A stretch of DNA of 64,000 nt. Source: the human T2T-CHM13v2.0 reference genome, Homo sapiens. The stretch lies in assembly GCF_009914755.1 (NCBI RefSeq), contig NC_060929.1; one strand, 5' to 3'. This document shows positions 54,420 through 64,000 of the stretch, piece by piece (position 1 is the stretch's first letter; each line of letters starts with the position of its first letter). The notes under the pieces were generated by a model. It was not told where the DNA came from. It worked only from the letters and a program-made list of their open reading frames with translations, and ran no database searches. Position numbers and translations under genes: made by a program.

Positions 54420-55270
54420 TTTTTCTTGTGGTAAAATGTACAAAACATAAAACCTACTGTCTTAACCATTTTTAAGTACAGTCAACTCTCCATATCCACA
54501 GGTTCACGATTGAAAATATTTGAAAATAAAAAATTAAAAATAGTACAAATTAAAATATATAGAAACTATTTACATGGCATTTACATTATGTTAGATACTC
54601 TAAGTAATCTGGAGATGATTTAAAGTATACAGAAGGACAGGCATAGATTATATGCAAACACACCAGTTTATGTAAGGTGCTTGAGCATTTATGAACTTTG
54701 GTATCTGTGTGGGGTCCTGGAACCAATCCCCCCAAATACCAAGGGGGAACTGTATACATTTCAGGGACGTTAAATACAATTCTATTGTTGTGACACTATT
54801 GTCACCATCCATCTCTAGACACCTTTTAATATTGTAAAACTGAAACTCTACACCCATTAAAGAACTCACCATTCCCCTTTCACCCCAACCCCTAGTAACT
54901 ATCATTCTACTTTCTGTCTCTATGACTTTTGAATATTCTAAGTAATTCATTTAAGTGGAATCATATGGTATTCATGTTTCTTGAAAAGCTTATTTTATCT
55001 TAGCATAATTTCTGCAAGTATCATCCATGTTATAGCAGCATTTCCTTTTTTAAGGCTGAGTAATAATTCATCATATGTAAATACTACTGCTTATCCATTC
55101 TTCTGTCAATGGACCCTTGAGTTGTGTACGTATTTTAGCTATTGGGAATAATGCTGCTATGAACATGCATGCATCTCTCTTTGAGGCTCTGCTTTCAGTT
55201 CGTTTGTGCATATACCCAGGAATGGAATTGCTGAATCATACGGTAATCCTACTTTTGAGATTTTGAGTAA
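54420..55270 (-). mobile_element. L1MB (MB3-like) 3' end interrupted by MER2
   Basis: 'gtggtaaaatgtacaaaacataaaa...cttaaccatttttaagt' resumes after MER2 with 'aactgaaactctacacccattaaa'. Confidence 0.8.
54479..54752. mobile_element. MER2/MER2B-like Tigger element nested in L1MB
   Basis: TA TSDs, cagt...actg ends, 'ggggtcctggaaccaatcccc'. Confidence 0.85.
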
Positions 55271-55325
55271 TTGCCTGCCCCTGCTCTTATTTGGTTACTA
55301 TTGGCATGGTATTTTTTAAAAATCT

Positions 55326-55631
<306 letters not shown>

Positions 55632-56333
55632 TTAAAATCTTTTTATGGTCAACCTTTGCATGTCTTTGAATCTAAAGTGAGTTGCTTGTAAGCAGCATAT
55701 AGCTGGATAGTAATTTTTTAAAAACGCTTTCTGCCAAACTCTGTCTGTTGATTGGATAGTTCAATATGTTTGCATTTAAAATAATTACTGATATGGAGGG
55801 TTTTACTTCACTTTGATATTTGCTTTCTACATTTGATAGTATTTTTGTGCCTCCTTTCATTACTGATGTATTCTGTGGGGTTTTTTTTTTTTTGATAGTG
55901 AAACACTTAAATTATTTTCTCATTTCCTTTTGCGTATGTTTGCTGTTTCTTTGTAGTTAACATAGGGATTTCACTTAATATCCTAAAGTTATAACACAGT
56001 TGGAATTTTTACCAGCTTAACATTAAAAACACATAAGACAAAACTCTAACAAAACTCTGCTCTTTTAACAACTTCATCCCCACCCCTTTTAGTTGTTGTC
56101 ACAAAATTATGTTGTTATAAATTGTGTGCCCAAAAACATCAGTTGATATTTTTAATGCATCAGTTGCTTAAATTTTACATGAAACAAAATGTGGAGTTAC
56201 AAATCAACGTTATAATAATACTAACTTTTAGACTAATGGTTGTTTTACTCTTAAAGTTTTATTAGTCTCTTTAATCATGTAGAAAGCTAGAAGTGGAATT
56301 GCATACCATTGTTACAGTAATACTAAATTTTAT

Positions 56334-56474
56334 GGCCAGGCAAGATGGCTACGGCCTGTAAATCCCAGAACTTTGGGAGGCCGAGGCGGGTGGAGCATGA
56401 GGTCAGGAGATTGAGACCATCCTGGCCAACATGGTGAAACCCCGTCTCTACTTTAAAAAAAAAAAAAAAAAAAA
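56334..56474 (+). mobile_element. Alu left arm only (AluSc-like diagnostics)
   Basis: 'gaggtcaggagattgagaccatcctggccaacatgg...ccccgtctctact' then ~20 A; no right arm, no TSD. Confidence 0.9.
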
Positions 56475-58589
56475 TTTTTTTTTCTTTTAGCATTTTGAGT
56501 ATAAATATATCACCCCATTGCCTTCTGATGTCCAAAGTTCTGATGAGAACTCTGTTGATAATCTCATTGAAGACCTCTTGTATGTCAGAAATATCTTATC
56601 TCTTTCTACATTCAAAATTCTCTTTGTCTTTGTCATTCAGTGTGAGTCTCTGAATTCATCCTGCTTGGAGTTTGTTGAGCTTCTTAGTTGTTTCTATATC
56701 TTTCATCAAATTTAAAAAGTTTTTAGCCTTATTTCTTCAGATATTCTGTCTCTTTCCCTTTCCTTTTACCCCTTGGATTTCCCCAATACATAGTTGATCA
56801 CTTGATGATATACCCATAGGTTTCTAACACTCTGCTCACTTTTCTTCAGTTTTTTTCTCTTCCTGTTTCTTGAATATGGTAATTTCTTATAGTCCTATCT
56901 TCAAGTTCACTGACTCTTCTTCCTGTTCAAATATGTCTTTGAGTTTCTTTAGTGAATTTTTTTTTTTACTTCAGTTATTGTAGTTTTCAGCCCTATAATT
57001 ACTTTTTGGTTTCTAAGATTTTCTGTCTCTTTATTGATATTTCGGTTCCTTGAGTACCATTAAAATAGTTGTTTTAAAGTCTTTATCTAGTAGATCTACC
57101 ATGAAATCTTTTTTAGAAACAGTTTCTGTTCATTTACCTTTCTCTTTTAATGATCTATACTTCTCTATTTCTTTGTATGCCTTATGAAAAATGCCTTGTT
57201 GAAAATGCCTTGTCAAAAAATTGACATGTGGATCAATAATGTGATATTCTGAAAATCAAATTATCCTTTCCCAAGGTTTGCTGTTTTTTGTTTTTTTTTT
57301 AATTTTTGTTTGTATGATGTTGTAGTCTGTCCCCATAGTGAAGATCATATGAGGTGTAAACTTAAGATCTTTCAGGATCTTTTGAGGTTGTGCCTTTCCC
57401 CTTCCCCAGGCATGCACAGTGACTTCCTTATTTCTGCTGTATATGCAGTTGTTTTGAATGTTCTAGACTCCAAAAATGGTAAAAAAAGAAAAATGAGGGG
57501 GGAGGGGAAAGAGCGCAGACACATTAAGTCGGAAGTTGCATGGCCAGAAGAGGAGGGATTTGTGGAAAGGGAATGTGGGAGGTACAACAATGGCTACCCA
57601 TCTCTGCGTCAGGACCTCCATGATCAGAAGCAGTACTCGACAGTCAGAACACAGATCCACAATGTTTTGGGGAACAATCCACAATGTTTTGGGGACAGAT
57701 GCTTTATTGCCCACCCTGGCTCCAGCAAGCTGAATGCAAGCTGGGCCAGGAATATGCACATGCTACTTAATGCTGGGCTAAGGGGTAGAGATTGGTAGCA
57801 GCTGCTAATAGTTAAAGTTGATTAAACTTACTGCCGTTTACTAGCTAAGATTTTTCCTAGGAATTGCAAGTCTGCAATAGACTCCAGAGTTGCAAAATAG
57901 TTTTATCAGGCAGATTGTGACAATTTAATTGTTCTCTAGGTGGGGATACAGATTTCTGGTGCTTCCTATTCCACTGTCTTCTCTCAATCTTCCTGCAACC
58001 ATATACTTTTATTTTGTTGGGTTAATTTCCATAAAGTAATTTCAGAATTGCTGGAGCAACTTGATAATTGCTAACCGAGATTTCTATGGCAAACAGATAT
58101 ACTAAATTGAATATAATATTTGTGTATCATTCTTTTTGTATTTATACTAGGTACATAGGCTCGACATATTGTTTTCCCAAGTTACTTAGGTTTGTTTCTC
58201 TACCCTCCCCTATAAGTGTGGTTATTGCACTTTTTTTGTGTGTGGTTTTTTATTTGCAATAGGTAGTCTTATTTTTTATTTTTTGTCTTCAATTTTGAGT
58301 CTCCTCACATTCTGGTTGATTTTCATTTTTATGTATTATTTGAGTATGTAAAATACCACCATGAGGCTAAACATCAGAATTAACTAAAAACGTAAATTCA
58401 GGGAAGTGTCTCTCCTCTCTTATCCTTTCTACTTCATTGCCATTCTTTCATTTTACCCTCCATTTCCACCCTCTTTAGTTTTTTATTTAGTTCTATTAGG
58501 TTTTGGTTTAACCTTCCTAAGTAGATTTTTTTGCACATTATAATAATCAGGTGCATATATATTTTATCTCTATCAAATTCAAAAGCACC

Positions 58590-58891
58590 TTTTTTTTTTT
58601 TTTTTTTTTTAAGATGGAGTCTTGCTGTGTCACCCAGGCTGGAGTGCAGTGGTGCGATCTCTGTTCACTGCAACCTCTAACTCCGGGGTTCAAGCAATTC
58701 TCCTACCTCAGCCTCCCGAGTAGCTGAGACTATAGGCGCCCGCCACCACGCCTGGTTAATTTTTTGTATTTTTAGTAGAAACGGGGTTTCACTGTGTCGG
58801 CCAGGGTAGTCTCGATCTCCTGACCTCGTGATCTGCCTGCCTCAGCCTCCCAAAGTGCTGGGATTACAGGTGTGAGCCACAGGGCCTAGCC
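58590..58891 (-). mobile_element. AluS (Sc/Sg-like)
   Basis: Full reverse Alu with T tract; flanks aaaagc on both sides. Confidence 0.94.
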
Positions 58892-59972
58892 AAAAGCTAC
58901 TACTCTATAAATATTTTTTGTTTTTCCGTCTTTTATTACTTTAAACGTGTCTTGTAAATCATTCTGTTTCAGTCCACTGAGGTCTTTTTTCAGTTTTGTA
59001 TTGGTCTATCGTACTCCATTTTTTTAAACGTACCATCTATTATTAACCAGTCTACCATGTATAGTCACCTGGAAGAGTTCTGTATTTTTGAAATTACAAA
59101 CAATGCTGCAATAAATAACCTTGTGCAAATACATTTTTGTGTTATTGAGAATGTATCATAAGGGTAAGTTTCTAAAAGTAAAATTGCCGAGTCAAAAAGT
59201 AAGTACATATGCAGTTATATTAGGTATTGCCATATTCTCTAGCAGTGTATGAAAATGTCTGATTCTCCAGTAATCCCACAGAAAGTATTTTCATGTTATA
59301 AAAGAAATTGCCAGTCTGAGAGTTAATAAATCATATCTCAATGTTAATTTGTATTTCTCTATCAGTGAGTTTGAACATATTTTCATAAGCCTAAGGGCCA
59401 TTTTTTTAAACTTTTTTATCAATTGTCTGTTCATATTTTTTTCTCATTTTTTGTTGGGTTTTGATGGTCTTTACCTCAAGTTTTAAAAATTATATGTTAG
59501 GGATATAAACCTTTTTTTCTGGAATATGCGTGACAAAATGTTCTCCCATATCTTCAGTTGTCTTTTATATTTATTCATGATGTTTTATGTAAGGCAAAAC
59601 ATTTATGTAGTCAAATTTTATCAATCTTTCTTTTCATTGCCTCTGGACTTTTGGGTCATAATTAGAAGACATTTCTACATTGATGTTAAAGGGGAATTCA
59701 TCCATAATTTCTTCTTCTAGTACTCTTAGGGTTTACTTTTGTTTTTTACATTTAGATCCATTGTTCATTTGGCTTTGATTCTTGTATATGGTGTGCAGTA
59801 TGAGCATAATTGTATGTTTTTGCAAATTATAAAGTTTTTGTTCGTAGATTGGTTTTCTTTGTAGATTGTATGTTTTTGTAAAAATGCCCAGTTGTCCCAT
59901 TAATATTTATTAAAAACTTCATCTCTTTCCTACTAAAATGAGATGTCATCGTTATTAGATATTAAAAGTATC

Positions 59973-60290
<318 letters not shown>

Positions 60291-60528
60291 TCAAATAATA
60301 CATGTAGTCGGGACCTATATGTAATTTTTTTATTCTTGTTTGTCTGTTCAAATACCACTAACAATATTGTTTTAATTATAGAGGATTCATAGTCTGTTTT
60401 GAAAACTGTTAGTCACCCCATGTAGTTTTCTTTTTTAGTCTTTTCTATTTGTTTTTGTTTGCTTTTTCCATATCAACTCTATATAACTCTAGAAAATGTG
60501 TTTTGGGATTTTTATTGGAATTTCTTAA

Positions 60529-60887
<359 letters not shown>

Positions 60888-62355
60888 AAAAGTCATTCTT
60901 TTAATGTTAAACCATTCCATCTCGGAATATGGAATGCCTTCCCATTTTTCAGGTCTACTTTGTCTTTCAGGAATATATTAAAGTTCTCCTTCAATAGATT
61001 TTGCACATTTCTTGTTAAATTCATTCCTTAGTATCTACTCCTTTGTTTGTGAAAACATTATTTTTCTGTGTGTAATTTTGTATTCTGCTCTCATCATGAA
61101 TGTTTGATTGAATTAATTTTATCATTGATTGATTTAGCTTTTCCAAGTATAAAATCAAATGTTTGAGATTTTTTCTTATCAATTTTATAGCTCAATTTGA
61201 TATCTGTCATCCAATAAAAATGGCTAATACTCATAAAGCCATTTTGAGTAGTAATGGGGGTAGTTGGCATTTTTGCCTCTTTCCTGATCTTAGGAAACAT
61301 CTTAGTGTTTTCATATTAAGTAAGCATTTAAGTGTTTAAGTATTTAAGTAAAATACTTGATTTGTGGCTGAAGATGAACATGATCACGTATATAGGATGT
61401 ATCATTCAATTTCTATGTTTTTGAGTTTTTTAAAAATCAGAAATATATATGTTCTTTCAATAGCTTTTCAGTATCCATGGAATTATGTCTTAAAATATAT
61501 TAATTTATATGACATAATATCAATGGATTTCATAGTATTGAACCAATCTTACAGTTCTAGGGTAAATCCCACTTTGTCATGGTGTATTTCTTAATGTAGT
61601 GTAAAGTCTGCTTACTATTTTGTTTACTATATGTGCATTGCTATCCATAGCAATATTTATTGCTTTCTTTTTTGGCACTGTTTTTATAAAATTGAGATAT
61701 TAATGTTATATTAGCTTTATAAAGAATTAGGAAGTTATCCTTTTTTTTTTTTTTCCTCTGGAACAACAAAGCACTGGATCTTTCTTAGTACACATAGGGT
61801 TGGTAGAAGTCCTCTGAGAAAGCATCTTGATTTTTATTTTCCTTTTCTTTCTTTCTTTTTTTTATGGTGCAGTTCCTTAATAATCTTTTCTACTCTTTTT
61901 CTATGGACATGGGCCTCTTTAAGCTTGCTATTTCTAATAGGATTATGTTTTGTAGTGTGTTTTTACTTGGGAATTTCATCAAGGTTTTTATTCTTTATTT
62001 TTTGATGAACTGTCTGCAGAGAAGTCTTTGATGGTTTTATAATGTTACTCTTTTTCAATGACTATTTTGCCTCTTATTTTCTCAATATGTAATTTCTCCC
62101 TTTCTTCTTGATCAGGTTAGATGTTTGTTAATTTTTTTCTGGAAAGATAGACTTTAGATTTATTAAGTTACTGTTTTTCTATTTTCTCATTAATCATGGC
62201 TCTTATCTTTGTTACGTCCGTATACTTTCCTTTGGCTTACTTACTTTGCTGTTCTTTAGTTGTTGACATCTTTTTAGTTTTGTTTTGTTTTAATTCATAT
62301 CATCTGTAACTTTTTAATCAGATGATTTTCCCATAGAAATTGTTCAGATAAAACT

Positions 62356-62457
62356 AAACATACCTCAGTATGAATACACAGCATACACAGTAAAACGTTA
62401 GAAAACATACCTCAGTATGAATACACAGCATACACAGTAAAACATGTTAGAAAACAT
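62356..62457. repeat. Tandem duplication, 47-bp period
   Basis: 'aaacatacctcagtatgaatacacagcatacacagtaaaac(at)gttaga' twice. Confidence 0.95.
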
Positions 62458-62579
62458 CTCTCTGTTGAAATTACTCCACATAAGAGAACGATATTTTTTA
62501 GTAAAGATTTTACACCATCATCTACATTTCTGTATTTAAAGATCTGGGGTAGGAGAGGACAATGACTTTCCTTTTTAAG

Positions 62580-64000
62580 TTTTTTTTTTATTATACTTTA
62601 AATTCTGGGATACATAGTGCAGAATGTGCAGATTTGTCACACAGGTATCCATGTGCCATGGTGGTTTGCTGCACCCATCAATCCGTCATCTACATTAGGT
62701 ATTTCTCCTAATGCACTCCCTCCCCTTGGCCCCACCCCCAACAGGCTCCCAGTGTGTGATGTTCCCCTCGCTGTGCCCATACGTTCTCATTGTTCAATAC
62801 CACTTATAAGTGAGAGCATGAGGTGTTTGGTTTTCTGTTCATGTGTTAGCTTTCTGAGAATGATGGTTTCCAGCTTCATCCATGTCCCTGCAAAGGACTT
62901 GAACTCATCCTCTTTTATGGCTGCATAGTATTTCATGGTATATATGTGCCACATTTTCTTTATCCAGTCTATCATTGATGGGCATTTGGGTGGGTTCCAA
63001 GTCTTTGCTATGGTGAATAGTGCTGCAATAAACATGCGTGTGCATGTGTCTATATAGCAGAATGATTTATAATCCTTTGAGTATATGCCCAGTAATGGGA
63101 TTGCTGGGTCAAATGGTATTTCTGGTTCTGGATCCTTGAGGAATCACCACAGTTTTTCACAATGGTTGAACTAATTTACACTCTCACCACAGTGTAAAAG
63201 CATTCCTATTTCTCCACATCTTCTCCAGCATCTGTTGTTTCCTGACTTTTTAGTGATCACCATTCTAACTGGTGTGAGCTGGTGTCTCATTGTGGTTTTG
63301 ATTTGCATTTCTCTAATGATCAGTGATGATGAGCTTTTCTTCATGTTTGTTGGCCGCATAAATGTCTTATTTTAAAAAGTGTCTGTTCATATCCTTCACC
63401 CACCCACTTTTTGATGGGGTTGTTTTTTTCTTGTAAATGTGTTTAAATTCCTTGTGGATTCTGGGTATTAGCCCTTTGTCTGATGGATAGGTTGCAAAAA
63501 TTTTCTCCTATTCTGTAGGTTGCCTGTTTACTCTGATAGTTTCTTTTGCTGTGCAGAAGCTCTTTAGCTTAATTAGATGCCATTTGTCAATTTTGTCTTT
63601 TGTTGACATTGCTGTTGGTGTTTTAGTCATGAAGTCTTTGCGCATGCCTATGTCCTGAATGGTATTGCCTAGGTTTTCTTCTAGGGTTTTTATGGCATTA
63701 GGTCTTATGTTGAAATATTTAATCTATCTTAATTTTTGTATAAGGTGTAAGGAAGGGGTCCAGTTTCAGTTTTCTGCATATGGCTAGCCAGTTTTCCTAA
63801 CACCATTTATTAAATAGGGAATCCTTACCCCATTGCTTGTTTTTTTCAAGTTTGTCAAAGATCAGATGGTTGTAGATATGTGATGTTATTTCTGAGGGCT
63901 CTGTTCTGTTCCATTGGTCTATATCTCTGTTTTGGTACCAGTACCATGCTCTTTTGGTTACTGTAGCCTTGTAGTATTGTTCGAAGTCAGGTAGCATGAC
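62580..64000 (-). mobile_element. L1PA (PA7/8-like) 3' UTR and disrupted ORF2 C-terminus, continues past the window
   Basis: 'ttattatactttaaattctgggatacat' 3' end; ORFs [50 protein letters not shown] and [24 protein letters not shown] are L1 ORF2p segments in broken frames. Confidence 0.95.

Noticed and set aside
57310-57798. 162-aa ORF, the longest in the track
   Set aside because: It lies antisense within the degenerate L1M 5' region, starts at a non-ATG codon and has no recognisable domain.
62787-63997. L1 ORF2p peptides as an active CDS
   Set aside because: Split across frames by stops and frameshifts; old L1PA copy.

Overview
This is AT-rich, CpG-depleted human genomic DNA, not prokaryotic; the human-specific AluYb8 at 3488-3799 identifies it. 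I recognise no protein-coding gene, structural RNA gene, CpG island or CRISPR array. The window reads as a long intron or gene desert. It carries about 20 Alus (J, S, Y and Yb8), several LTR relics (MLT1D x2, MER31, MER4, an ERVL-type gag fragment), L2 and MIR fragments, and DNA transposons (MER2, MER5). A dense block of nested L1s runs from about 49.8 kb to the end, finishing in an L1PA 3' end. Between the repeats are unique segments with clustered transcription-factor motifs (CTCF, AP-1/ARE, PBX/MEIS/SOX/homeodomain, ZNF143) and a few candidate exons. The most unusual items are: (1) a ~95-bp inverted repeat I cannot assign to any transposon (37951-38483), whose mismatches are mostly G-U compatible on the + strand; (2) a frame-preserving 141-nt candidate exon (31226-31366); (3) a deletion scar fusing an Alu left arm to L1 ORF1; (4) template-switch-like micro-rearrangements. 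Repeat subfamily names and boundaries come from recall of consensus sequences and are approximate; nothing was run against a database. I see no convincing new multi-gene system.
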